A DNA stretch of 64,000 nt from Hypanus sabinus (GCF_030144855.1 NC_082716.1:33356001-33420000), one strand, 5' to 3'; positions 26,152 through 39,085 are shown, numbered from the stretch's first letter. Notes: generated from the sequence alone by a model not told the origin. Numbers and translations: made by a program.

Positions 26152-29100
26152 CATAAGACCATAAGACATGGGAGAAGAAGTAAGCCATTTGGTCCATCAA
26201 GTCCACTCTGCTGTTAAATTATAGCTGATTATTTTTTTCCCCTCCTCAGCCCCACTCCCCGTAACCTTTGATGCCCTGTCCAATCAACAACCTAACAAGC
26301 TCTGTCTTAATACACACAACAACCAGGCCTCCACAGCTGCCTGTGGTTAAAAAAAAGCCACAAATTCACCACCCTTTGGCTAAAGAAAATTCTCAGCATA
26401 CGTTTTAAATGGACACCTCCCAAACCTGAGGCTATCCCCTCTTGTCCTAGACTCTCCCACCATGGGAACTATCCTTTCTACATCTACTCTGTCTAGGCCT
26501 TTCAACATTTGAAAGCTTTCAATGAGATCCCCATCCTTCTAAATTCCAGCGAGTACAGACCCAGAGCCATCAAACGTTCCTCAAGTGATAACCCTTTCAT
26601 TCCCAGAATCATCCCTGTGACCCTTCTCTGAATCCTCTCCATTGCCAGCACATCTTTTCTTAGGAGTCCAAAACTAAAAAACTAAGTACACAGTACTCAA
26701 GGGGAGGCCTCACCAGTACCTTATAAAGCCTCAGCATCACATCCCTGCTATTATATTCTAGTCCTCTTGAAATGATTGCTAACATTTCATTTGCCTTCCT
26801 CACCATCTACACATCCTGCAAATTAACCTTTAGTGTGTTCTGCACAAGGACTCCCAAGACAGTTTGCATCTCAGATTTTTGGGTTTTCTCCCTATTTAGA
26901 AAATAATCTATACCTTATTTCTTCTACCAAAGTGCATGACTGCATTTTTCCAACATTGTATTTCACTTGCCACTTTCTGGCCCATTCTCCTAATCTGTCT
27001 AAGTCCTTATGCAGTCTACTTCTTTCCTTAATACTACCTGCCCTTCACCAATTTTCATATCATCTATAAACTTGGCAACAATGCCATCTATTCCCTCATC
27101 TAAATCATTGATAAACAGCATAAAAAGAAGTGGTCCCAACACTGAACCCTGCGGAACACCACTAGTCACTGGCAGCCAAACAGAAAAGGATCCTTTTATT
27201 CCCACTCACTGCCTCCTACCAATCAGCTAATACTCTAACCATGCCAGTAACTTTCCTGTAATACGATGGGCTCTTAACTTGGTATGCAACCTCATGTGTC
27301 ATACCTTGTCAAAGGCCTTCTGAAAGTCCAAATATACAACATCCATAGCATCCCCTTTATCTATTCTACTTGAAATCTCCTCAAAGAATTCCAACAGGTT
27401 TGTCAGGCAGGATTTTCCCTTAAGGAAACCTTATCATTATCAATTGATTCTATCATCTTCCCAAGCACTGAGGTCAGGCTAACTGGTCTATAATTTCCTT
27501 TCTGCTGCCTTCCTCCTTTCTTAATGTGTGGACTGACATTTGCAATTTTCCATTCCTCTGGCACCATGTCAGAGTCCAATGATTTTTTAAAATTAATTTT
27601 AATGAGTTTTTACAATGCAACAAAACAAAAAAAACAGTAAAAAAGAGGTTAATACAGTGCAAAACAAACATATCAAAGTACAATTCATAACAATTAAGCA
27701 AAGTACCCATGGTAAAATTGTATGAAGTTAGTTACCACCCCACCCTCCCACTACCCAACTCCAAGCCAACTTTACAATATATAAAAAAGTTAATCAGAAC
27801 TATATCACCACAGAGCTGTATTTATAAAAAGAAGGTATATTGCCTACTACCTAAACTATAATATATAAAATGACCATAAATCTTAACCGAAAGAAGCTGG
27901 AAGGGATTTAAATGCAAAAGAAATAAAAGGAAGGTATGCACCCTTGATCTAAACGGGAATTCTGAAAATATTCAAGAAAATGTCCCCACACCTTTTGGAA
28001 CTTTATATCTGAGTTGAGAAGTGAATAATGAATCTTTTCAAGGTCTAAGCAGGACATAACATCTCTAAGCCATTGAGCATGAATGGGTGGGACAGCACCT
28101 CTCCACTTAAGAAGGACCAATGATTTTTTAAAAGATCATTCTGAGTGCCTCCACAATCTCTACCGCTACCACTTTCAGAACCCTAGGGTGCGTTCATCTG
28201 ATCTGGGTGACTTGTATGCTTTTCAGTGTTTCAGCTTTTTAAGCGCCTTCTCTCTTGCAGTGGCAACTGCAGTCACTTCCCTTCCTTCTCCACCTTCAAC
28301 ATCTGGCACACTGCTAGAGTCTTCACAGTGAAGATTGATGCAAAATATTCATTTAGCTCATCTGCCATCTTCTTGTCCCCGTTATTATTTCTACCTAATT
28401 TTCTAGTGGTCCTATATCCACTCACATCTTTTTTTAATTTTTAACATTCTTGTAAAAGTTTTTATATCCACATTGATATTGTTGCTAACTTGCTTTTATA
28501 TTTCATCTTTTCCCTTCTAATGGTTCTTTTAATTTCTCTCTGTAGGTTTTTAAAAACTCCCCAATCCTCCATCTTCCCACTAATTTTTGCTTTGTTGTAT
28601 GTCCTCTCTTTTGCTTTTAAATTAACTTTGACTTCCCTTGTCAGCCATGGCTGTACTATTTTGCCATTTGAATATTTATTTTTGGAATACATCTATCATG
28701 CAGCTTCCTCATTTTTCCCAGAAACTCACACCATTGTTTCTCTGCTGTCATCCCTGCCAGCAGCTCCTTCCAATTTACTTTGGCCAACTTCTCTCTCATC
28801 CCGCTGTAATTTCCCTTACTCCACTGAAATACTGCTGCATCAGACTTTAATTTCTCCCTGTCAGATTTTAAGTTGAACTCAATCATGTTGTGATCACTGC
28901 CTCCTAAGGTTTCTGTTACCTTAAGCTCCCAAATTGTCTCTGGTTCATTATATAACACCTAATCCAGTACAGCTGTTCCCACAGTAGGCTCAACACCAAA
29001 CTGCTCTGAAAAGCCATCTCTTAGCCGTACAACAAACTCACTTTCTTGACATCCATTACCAACCTGATTTTCCCCATCAACCTGCATGTTACAATCTCCC

Positions 29101-29600
29101 ATACTACCATAACATTGCTCCTTTGACATGTCTTTTTTTATTTCCCCTTGTAATCTGTGGCCCCTCTGATACAATGTGTAACCTTGGACGTTCAGCTCCC
29201 AACTGCAACCATCCTTCAGCCACGATTCAGTGATGGCCACAACATCACACCCGACAATCTGTAAAAGTGCAACGAGATCATCCACCTTATTTCTTATACT
29301 CCGTGCATTGAGATCTAACACACTGAGTACTGTATTTGCTACATTTTTTTGATTATGCATCCCTAATGCACTGATATTCACCCAGCTGGCTGTAATTTTG
29401 TCTTGTCATCTGTCTGCCCTTCCTGACAGTCTGGCTGCATGCTATCTTTGCTTTTTAACCATTCTCCTATCAGAGTCCCTTCACTCTGGTTCACACCCCC
29501 CCCCCCCAACAGCTCTAACAAAACTGACAGCGAGAATATTGTTCTCCCTTGGGTTCAGGTGCAACCCGTCATGTTAGTACAGGTCATACATCCCTCATGC
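26152..29600 (-). mobile_element. Long CR1 LINE including APE endonuclease and RT remnants
   Basis: LNARSIRNKVDDL...DVVAITESWL (APE), [32 protein letters not shown] (RT); the 3' end is at about 26152 with short tandem repeats. Confidence 0.9.
27593..28116 (-). mobile_element. L1/Tx1-type LINE 3' fragment nested in CR1
   Basis: VLLKWRGAVPPIHAQWLRDVMSCLDLEKIHY...FQKVWGHFLEYF (L1 ORF2 C-terminus); 17-bp TSD CCAATGATTTTTTAAAA at 27576-27592 and 28117-28133. Confidence 0.8.
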
Positions 29601-31004
29601 CTCCCCCAGAAACTTTCCTTTTCCATCCCCTCCTTTTTGGTCTGTTTTAGAGGACATTCAGTAGGAGGTAAATGTGAATGAATTCTCCTGGTTGTTGGAT
29701 AATAAGGAAACGAGACATTTAAAAATATATAAAGTGAGTAAGATTGCTTCTTTGCTATCTGTTGTTTTTTTCCCTATTGTACAATCTTGATCTCAGGTTC
29801 ACATCTGACTCCACCGTCCTCCTTTTTGTGCCTTCTGTTTCTCTATCGGAGCATGTTCGCGTTTAATTTCCATACAAGCGTATTGATGACCACAGCTGTC
29901 TTAAAGACAAACTCTTCCATCCTGTTTCCTGTGTAAAGCCAGTTTTTCTCTTTCTGTCGTATATGTTCTGATGATATCGGCTGGTTTCCGCCATTTTCCC
30001 TAACTCAGTTCGCCCAAGACCATGGTAGACTGGTCGCCTAATGCCACCTGTTCCACTTCCCAAACATCCTTTCTCTCTTCTTCACCCACCCAGTAAAAGG
30101 AATGGATTCATATGGTCTTATAGTTCACCTCACCAGTCACGATCAGTGCAGGACAAATACTTTACATCTCCAAAAGGGTTACATACTTGCCCTCAGGAAT
30201 AGATCTCTCCCCAAGGGTAACTGCATTTTACGACCATTTGACTTGAACCAGAACCATGACTACCCTCCACACGAACTCCTTGCATTCGCAACATTCGATA
30301 AATAACAAAACAGCTTGACGCAGCAATTAAGCTGATACTTGTTTGTGTCATTTTTTAACGTTCTTCAGCCCTATGCAATTTGTGTCATAGTCCTCGCAAT
30401 CTCCCTCCAGGTCAACACATTAACACTTTGTGAAGTCTTTCTATTGGTGTTCCTGGAAAGTCGCATATTACTTTCCTCATTACACTGAGGAGTTCTTAAA
30501 TTAAGTTTTGATTCCTCCTCAGAGTGACTTAGTAGGTACAGAGGGGATATCACGGGTAAACACGTAAACACGAGGAGTGAGTGTATGGAATAGGCTGCCA
30601 GCGACGGTGGTGGAGACAGACAGGATAGGGTCTTTTAAGAGACTCCTGGGCAGGTATATGGAGCTCAGAAAAATAGAGAGCTATGGGTAACCCTAGGTAA
30701 TTTCTTAGCTAAGGACGTGTTCGGCACAGCTTTGTGGTCTGAAAGGCCTGTATTGTGCTCTAGGTTTTCTATGACTTCCTAAAAGTTGTGTATCATTTTA
30801 CACTTTAATAAAAGCCGACATTCTACTGTACACGTTTTAAAAAACTGGACATTTTATCTTACCAACGTCAGAGAACCTAAACCATATTGCCAAAACAAAG
30901 TTTGTAAGAGTTTTATATATAAATAAGGTTCTAGTGCTTAAGTTTTAAAAAATACTAGAAATTTTAAATTGCTAGGTTGACGCACAGATCAAATGTTCCA
31001 GGAG

Positions 31005-31520
31005 CGCAAACGCGAGAAGATCTGCAGATGCTGGAAATTCAAGCACCACACACAAAATGCCGGTGGAAAGCAGCCGGCCAGGCAGCATCTAAAGGGAGAA
31101 GTGCAGTCGAAGTTTCGGGTCAGGACTAACTGGAAGAAAAGGCAGTAAGAGATTTGAAAGTGCGAGGGGGAGGAGGGAGATCCGAAATGATGGGAGAAGA
31201 CAGGAGGGGGAGGGATGAAGCTAAGAGCTGGAAAGGTGATTGGCAACAGGGATACAGAGCTGGAGAAGGGAAACGATCATGGGACGGCCTAGGGAGAAAG
31301 AAAGGAAGAAGGGAGCATCGTTGGGAGATGGAGAGCAGTCATGGAGTGTTAGTGAGAGGGGCAGAGGGAGAGAGAAAAGAGAGAGAGAGAGAGAAAAGGA
31401 GAAATAATTAAATGGTTGGGGGTAAGAAGGGGAGGAGGGGCATTAACGGAAGTTAGAGAAATCAATGTTCATGCCATCAGGTTGGAGGCTACCCATACGG
31501 AATATTAGGTGGTGTTCATA
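31005..31520 (-). mobile_element. Penelope-like 3' fragment
   Basis: Reverse-complement counterpart of the 6640-7080 tail: purine-rich on the plus strand, with the shared ATGTTCATGCCATCAGGTTGGAGGCTACCC and GCAGATGCTGGAAAT motifs. Confidence 0.65.
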
Positions 31521-33366
31521 CCATTTTGTGAAATGTTCCGGGAGCGTAATTTGACTTCCAATCGGATCTTGTGGGCGGGACTCAAGCTGTTATGTAAAAA
31601 CTTCATAACGATTGCCTTTCGCTGTTAAGGGTTTGTTAGGTTGCCTTCGTGTTGTTTTGGATGTGGACAAGGTATGTTTGCATTCAGTTGGGAAATTATT
31701 GATAATGAATTGGATTAGAATTTCTATCTGCAGAATGTGGTATCGATAGCTCTAAGGAATACCTAGCGATTGAGAAAGTCCAACTCTGGACGCATTGATC
31801 CATAAAGGCAGAAACCAGCATTTAGCTGTGTTACTTATTAATGCTAAGTATTGGCATCATGTATATTGCAAATTCCTTGGCGTCCGACGGGATTTGATCC
31901 TGTCCTTGACGGGGAAACGATTGCTGAAGGATTTGCACGATCTAATGGAGTGAATCCCAGCGATAGTCTGAAAGGCTTTGATTGACCAATGCTATTAGCA
32001 ATTGTTGATCACGAAAGAAAGCTGCTGTGACTTTTTTGGGAGGGGCGGTCACTTCGAACACGTATGAAGCATTGTAAACCCGTTCAGAATGCGGATGATG
32101 GAATCGGTTCGGAGTCTCTGAACAAAGCTTTTCTGTAAATTCTCTTTACTCAACAGGAGCTGCGTTTCAATTTTGTAGTCTTGCATCTGCTCCCACTTCT
32201 ACTCGTGCGTTTGGGAACGGCAATGAAGCAACACACAAAATGCTCGAGGAACACGGCGAGGATGAGGGGAATGGACAGTCGATGTTTCGAGTGGAGACCC
32301 TTCACTAGTCTGTTGCAGACGCTGCCTGACCCACCGAATTCCTCCAGCATTTTGTGTGTTGCTCCGGATTTCCAGCATCCGATATTTTCCTTTTGTCTCA
32401 ATTGTTTCATGTTGTGAGCAATCGCTTTCTGTTTTATTTTATTTTTAAAAAACCGCGTTCGCTCTCCCTATTGATCAAATCGGTCAGCCTGGTCTTTGTC
32501 CGTTCGGTTTTACTTCAGCTTTCATGCTTTGTTTCTCGGCAGCAGACTTTCGGTCCGTGTTTGTCGAAGGGCGGTAAGACTTCAGTCATTAGCACAACAC
32601 TAGATTTAGTGCTTTCCGCAGACAATTGGCTACGTCGGTTCAAAAATACATTTCCAAACGTACGTTTTCAGAGAATTGCTTGACATTTTCGAGGTGAATA
32701 GCTGATTTGTGCAATACCTATTACTTAGCATCAAGGCAAAAGCAAAACTATTTTGTCCTAATATCCCAAGAAATTCACAGCGGAGGAATTCATGTAAGTG
32801 CACTTTTTTTGTCAGCCCATTCTCTGCAAATGTTTGCCCAAGCATTTAGAGCCTTATCACTCCTGAAATCTTGCTTTGACCTAAAGAAAACATGTTGGTG
32901 CTGGGTTTTTTTTTCGTTACGTCTTGATATTTTGGCTGTTAAAATGACTGGGGCACGCCTGTGGCTGTTTTGCTATTCACGAAGATCACGGCTGGTCTTT
33001 TACCTCGGTGTCATTTTTTTTTGCACTTTCCCTACTTCCAATCGGATGAACTCTAGTGAGTCAGCCGCTGCAGCTCTGTGGTGAAGAATTCCAAATACTC
33101 ACCACCATTGATAAATAAATATTTCCTCATAAAAACATAGAAAATCTACGGCACATTCCAGGCCCTTCAGCCCACAATGTTGTGCCACCCATGTAACCTA
33201 CTGTAGATGCTGCGTAGAATTGCCCTACCTGTAAGCTCCATGTACCTATCTAAGAGTCTCTTAAAAGACCCTATTGTATCTGCCTCTACCACCTTCCCTG
33301 GCAGTGCGTTCCATGCGCCCATCGCTCTGACATCCCCCAAGTACCTATTTCCAAGCTCCTTAAAAC

Positions 33367-33800
33367 TACACGCACAACACGCTGGAGGAACTCAGCAGGT
33401 CGGGCATCATCCGTGGAAATGAACTGTCAACGTTTTGGGCCGAGACCCTTCGTCAGGAGGGAGGGGGCAGGGGCCCTACAAAGAAGGTGGGGGTGAGGGG
33501 GAAGGTGCAGGTGAAAAACCAGTAAAGGGAAAGATCAAGGGAGGGGAAGCAGGGAGGGGGATAGTCAGTATAGGTGAAGAAGGAATGTAAGGGAAAAGCA
33601 CTATAGGTGGTAGAAGGAGGTGGAGCCATGAGGGAGGTGATAGGCAACTGGAGGAGGAGGCAGAGTGAAACTGGGATGGGGAAAGATGGGGGAGGGAATT
33701 ACCGGAAGTTGGAGAATTCAATGTTCATGCCAAGGGGCTGGAGACTTATCTAGATGGTATATGAGGTATTGCTCTTCCAACCTGAGTTTGGCCTCATCGT
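33367..33800 (-). mobile_element. Penelope-like 3' fragment with near-intact hammerhead motif
   Basis: Same family as above; the minus strand contains CCTGACGAAGGGTCTCGGCCCAAAACGTTGAC. Confidence 0.65.
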
Positions 33801-34284
33801 GTATGAACATTGAATTCAAGGGGCCCAGAATTACTCAGTGCAGCCTGACCAATAATTTGTAAAGCCTCAGCATTACATCCTTGTTTTTCATAGTCCATTC
33901 CTTTTAAAATGAATGCTAACACTGCGTTTGCTATCCTTGCACAGTCTCAACCTGCAAGTTAACCTTTGTTTTCTCAACCAACATTTAATGAGCATGGAGT
34001 CATACCGGCTGTTTGGCCTGTTTGGTTAGTGTCAGCACATCATGGTGATTCATAGGTTTTGCATCCAACAGTTGCTTTCTTTGTTTTTTTTACACACACT
34101 GCCTAGGGATAATAGTAGCCTTTATTCGTTACAAATGAGAACAGCCATAACTATAGTGTTCCAAATTTAGTTTCTCTTAAATGCCTTTCACAACATAAAA
34201 GCAGGGCTTTCGTATTCATGAAGTTTCAGGCTATTCTGTGATAATCCACAGATTAAAAAAAAATAATTCTATTATAAATCCCTT

Positions 34285-35065
34285 AATTTACTCTGCGGGG
34301 TAGCCAAGTGAGTGGTGGTATCTTCTGGGTTATCAAGTGGGCGCCCTCCTTCCTCAGTGTTTCACTGATAGGCCCACGTCACCTCCAGAGGGTTCAGCAG
34401 TGAATCCCAGTGTTCCGGGCTCACCCCCTAGATGCCATTCGCTCACCTGGCGGCCCAGTTGGGATCCTTTCTCTTCATCCAGAGCCACTGACTCCCTTTT
34501 CAGCAGCTCTAGAGAAGTCTTTGGCTGCTTGTTGGTGTGTCTTTCCTCACACTCCCAACTCCCGGAGTAGCCTTAATGTTGATGTGGCTACAAAGCCTCT
34601 GCAGCCTGCTTCGACCGGTCGCACCCTTGCTTTCCAGCCACGTTGCTGCACATCGACTGCAAGCTCAGCCTACCTCAGCTTCTTGAGCTCGTAGGCCTCT
34701 ACTGCATCCGCCCAGGGCACTGTAAGCTCGATGATGTAAACGAGATGGAGTGAGGCCGACCCTAGCACAAGGTCTGGTCTGAGGGTGGTTTCTGCGATTT
34801 CAGTTGAGAAGCAGAGCCTCTGGGCTAAGTCTGCCACCATCTTCCAATCACGTGCCCCGCCGAGCCGCCCGGTGTTTGGTCTCGATGTGGTGAGCCTGGC
34901 TTTACCCTCACCTTCTGGACAAATGCTGTTAACGGCCAGCGGGATGAAGGGGGAGGGAGAGCATTGACACTTGTCCACCGACTTTCCAGCACTGCCTCAA
35001 GACGCCATAGCACCTGGTTGTGTCACCAGGTGTATCGGCCTTGAGTTAGGCTGGTCTTGCAGCCC
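34285..35065 (-). mobile_element. RLE-type (R2/HERO-like) non-LTR retrotransposon 3' fragment
   Basis: Minus-strand YTW*HNQVL...TTLRPDLVL...IIELTVPWAD...PVEAGCRGFVATS: restriction-like endonuclease motifs, with stops and frameshifts. Confidence 0.8.
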
Positions 35066-36462
35066 ACCAGAATGTGCTTTAGTGTTGCTGAAGTCAGAAT
35101 ACATAACAAGGCAACGGTTAAAAATGCCATATGTAGGTCACTTGGAGCAATTTTCAAATCAATTTATCATTCAAAGATACAGCTGAAAGAGATGGCATTT
35201 CTCTGGTGCCAAGGTGCAAAGGCTTCAAAATAGCAAGTAACATTTAAAGTAGAGAATAACATAATTCAAATAGCAAGCAAAGAAGCATATTCACTTGAGG
35301 GGAGGAAAAATTCACGCACATAGTCTAAGACCCTGAATGACAATGTCGAGCAATTGACGGTACGGTCTCCTGGCAGTATGCAGGCACGTGCCATCCAGCC
35401 TGTCATTCCCCTGCTTGAACACAGGAGGGCAGCACTGACAGGAGAGGTAGCTCTCACCTGATCTGCAGCAATGGGCGAATGGAGGCTTGAGTCCTCGTCC
35501 TTGCTACAACTGAGGCTACACAGCTCCATGTTGTTTATCTCTCTACCAGTATAAGTTGTATCACAGCTGGAATGGAAACACTAATGGCCGGCAATAGAGG
35601 AAACTACAGAAAGTGCTGGATACTGCCCAGTCCATTGCAGGCAGAGTCCTCCGGAACATTAAGTACATTTATATGGACTGCTACCACAAGAAATAAGAAT
35701 CAGGTTTATTATCACCGGCAAGTGTTAGGAAATTTATTAACTTAGCAGCAGCAGTTCAATGCAATACATAATATATAAGAGAAAAAATAAATTTAAGTAA
35801 ATCAATTTCATTATACGTATATTGAATAGATTAAAAAATGTGAAAACAGAAATACTGTATATTAAAAAAAGTGAGGTAGTGTCCAAGGGTTCAATGTCCA
35901 TTTAGAAATTGGAAGGCAGACGGGAAGAAGCTGTTCCTGAATCACTGAGTACCTCCTCACTTTCGAGGACTTTTTACAACTTGCGCTCTCACTTTTTTCG
36001 CAGTTAGTCTTTTGCACATTGGTTGTCAGACTTCATTTATGTACAGTTTTGCTACTTTTTTCATTTATACACCTGTAATATAATTTCAAGGTAGTATACA
36101 TACTTTGATAATGATTTAACTTCGAATTTAGAGCATGATTATCAACCAAATCGGCGTTGGTGCAGTATAACTGTGGGAGATCGACTTGGACATTACATCT
36201 TTTTGATTAAGCAACAAAAAGTTCTGGCTCAGCACACAAGCGACTGAGCCTGTAAGAGAAGAACTCTTAACAATGTAAATTCAGCCCTCAGTTCCTCAAC
36301 AAATCATTTATATTGTGGCTTTAATAGCATTTTTTTTGCAGAGTGAAATTGATAAACATGATAATTGGAGCCTTCTACATTTGTTACTGCACTTTAACTT
36401 ACAAATTTACAAAAAGTTATTATTTCCCCAATTCAAATTTTAGGAATCTATGAAGGATACTG

Positions 36463-36665
36463 ATGGGGCTGGAGAGAACTTCATTTGCCATTCTTTTTGG
36501 GTTAATAATCTCCCTGGCAGCAGCACAGAATGACATCGGAATCTGTCGGGTGGCTCCTCACTGGCAGATTGGCAATCAAATACCAATGGAGGAGCAGTCT
36601 GGACAAATTACCGTGGTGGCCCTTCTCAAAGCAAGCTGATCGTTCTGTCTAAAGCAGGCTGCCGG
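36463..36665 (+). CDS. SELENOP2: Selenoprotein P paralogue (SELENOP2/SelPb-like), coding exon 1; TGA at 36637-36639 read as Sec59
   Basis: MGLERTSFAILFGLIISLAAAQNDIGICRVAPHWQIGNQIPMEEQSGQITVVALLKAS-U-SFCLKQAAG: signal peptide plus the SelP VVALLxAS-UxxC motif. Acceptor TTTTAG at 36443; donor GG|GTAAGT (phase 2). Confidence 0.93.
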
Positions 36666-37511
36666 GTAAGTATGGCAATTTATCTATACATTACCCCACA
36701 GAATAACGTTGTCCATAGTACTACACAAACATCGCAATTCAACATCATACCATGGAGACTTGCTGCAGACCCATTCTCTCTCATTCCCATCAGCAGTTCG
36801 GCAGAGCTCAAGAGGGTCAAGGACTGAAGTGCTGTTGTTTTTCACTTCACTCTCATCCATTCTGAAGATAAGAGGGGTAGAAGATGGTCCCATTGTTCCT
36901 TGTTTTGTCAGAGACAACCCTAGCAGTCATGGTATCAGTAACTCTTTACATGGTCTGAGTCTTGAGTACAGATTTCAAATGAATTGATCACTTTTCTAAT
37001 GTTAACTATTTGGGCAGGGTGCATCATATTCAATATTTTCTATCTAGTTATCATTCTCAGTTAAGACTTCTGATGTTGTTGAATATTTTTGGTCTTTTTA
37101 TTTGTATATAGTGTGTTGAAAGATTGTATATTAAAATGAAATTTGGACCTATTGCCAAATTTGTACTTTGGTTATGTTTGGCAACTGGTAAGTTCTGTCC
37201 CTTTTTAAATGGTTTATGTCCCAAGAGCAATCCTGTTCTCTTTTGCCTTCTAATATTCAGGATTTGAAAAGCAAGTAATAAAATCATAGCATTGCTTAAC
37301 TTTCACATAAAAACAAAATGATTTGGAAGTTGCTGTACTCAATAAATGATAGATCAATCATTTCAATCATTCTGTGGCACCATGAGATTTCAAACTGTGT
37401 ACGATTGAAAAAGAAAAGCCCAGTCAGAAACATCTTGCATGTATTTTCATCTTAATGCTGCATTCGTAAAGTCATGTTAATGACAGCTTGTATTTTTTTT
37501 CACTTTGATAG

Positions 37512-37724
37512 ATTAGGCAAATTGCGTGACAAGCTTGTCCATCATGGCCTGACTGACATACATTACATGATTGTGAACGATAAAACATTTGAATCCAGGA
37601 TCATGTTTCAGAAGCTCATATCCAATGCTCCCAAAGATATCCCTGTTTACCAGCAATCACGATTTCAACCTGATGTTTGGCATATCTTGGGGGGTGTCAA
37701 GGATGACATCTTTATCTATGATAG
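37512..37724 (+). CDS. SELENOP2: SELENOP2-like coding exon 2
   Basis: LGKLRDKLVHHGLTDIHYMIVND...IPVYQQSRFQPDVWHILGGVKDDIFIYDR, the SelP_N domain. AG/GT sites, 213 nt, phase 2 to phase 2, compatible with neighbours. Confidence 0.93.
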
Positions 37725-38013
37725 GTTGGTACTTCAGGATATTAATTTTACTTAAAGCTCATTGTTTAAGTTAGTAAGCAGATTATTTTTCCACTTTAAG
37801 TATAGTATTTCCATATAGTAATTGTTAAGATGGTGAAGTTATAATGCATGTGTCATATATTTTATGGTAAATGGGAGGTACTTTTTGCATTAGTTATTGG
37901 GCTGTGGCACTTTGATACTTCGCCTGGTGGCTACATGGGGTTTGTTTGCCATTATAATCTGCTGCTTGTTGAGGTGCATGAAGTAGGCAGCAGTACTCAT
38001 CCTCATTAGTATA

Positions 38014-39085
38014 CAGTGGATTCCAGTTAATTGGACCATTGGTTAATTGGGGCAGTCACTTATTAGGCACAGCTCTTAAAGAACAAAAACTAATTGAGAA
38101 GACAGCCAGGGTTCACTTCGTTTGTTTGGGACACTATGCCTCTCAATTGGGGCAGGAGATTGTTGCTGAAAAGTTTCTAAATAGCGTCAGTCACGTGCAC
38201 TTGCGAGGCCAGCATGCTTCGAGTGGACAATTTTTAAATAGCATCAATTGCATGTACTTGTGTTCAAAAAGCAGCAAATTTTGTCACTGACAGTCTGCAA
38301 GAAATAAACAGTAATACAATTCAGACCTGTTTTGCTCACTGCGATTTCAGACGTTCAGGCTTGGTGATGCCAGAATTGGCCGAGGGTGAATGAAACAATT
38401 TCAGTACACAAGTTAGAATCTATGAAAAATTTGAAGGCATCAACAATCATCTTGAATATTACAATGAAAATAAAGATTTGGAGGATGCAACGGTCAACAG
38501 CATTGCATGAAGGCAGTTCATCATCTGTTTCCACTGAATGTTCATTTACATTCAAAGGAAAGTGACACCGATAACATCATCTGTCAATAAGTATTATTGG
38601 CAGATAATGGCCAAGTGGTTGAGGCATTCGTCTAGTGATCTGAAGGTCGCTAGTTCGAGCCTTGGCTGAGGCTGCGTGTTGTGTCCTTGAGCAAGGCACT
38701 TAACCACACATTGCTTTGTGACGACACCGATGCCAATCTGTATGGGTCTTAATGCCCTTCCCTTGGACTACATTGGCGGCATGGAGAGGGGAGATTTGCA
38801 GCTTGGGCAACTGCTGGTCTTCCATATTAAAAAAAACCTTGCCCAGGCTTGCACCCTAGAAACTTTCCAAGGTGCAAATCCATGCAAATCGAGACTAACA
38901 GAGGCCTACTATTAGGAACTAAGACACAGTTTTGTTGTATTGATAGTGTTCTAATTTATTCTGTATTTCATTCAAATACATAATTTGTTACTCAGTATGT
39001 TTTTTAAAATATCTTTTTAACTACTTCCATGAAACTTGGGCTAATTGGGGCAGCTGCTTAATTGAGCTAAACGCACTGGTCCCAG
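38014..39085. mobile_element. TcMar-Tigger-like element (copy 2), with a SINE inserted
   Basis: TA|CAGTGGATTCCAGTTAATTGG left end; homologous to 317-1103 and 53298-54073; right end truncated. Confidence 0.7.
38598..38908 (+). mobile_element. tRNA-derived SINE
   Basis: A box TGGCCAAGTGG, B box AGTTCGAGCC; flanked by a TATTA duplication; absent from the other two Tigger copies. Confidence 0.75.

Noticed and set aside
36637-36639. Premature stop implying a SELENOP pseudogene
   Set aside because: It falls exactly at the conserved Sec position of UxxC, the flanking exons are intact and a SECIS is present.
38598-38680. tRNA gene
   Set aside because: A/B boxes continue into a SINE body with a TSD; no proper acceptor stem or Pol III terminator.
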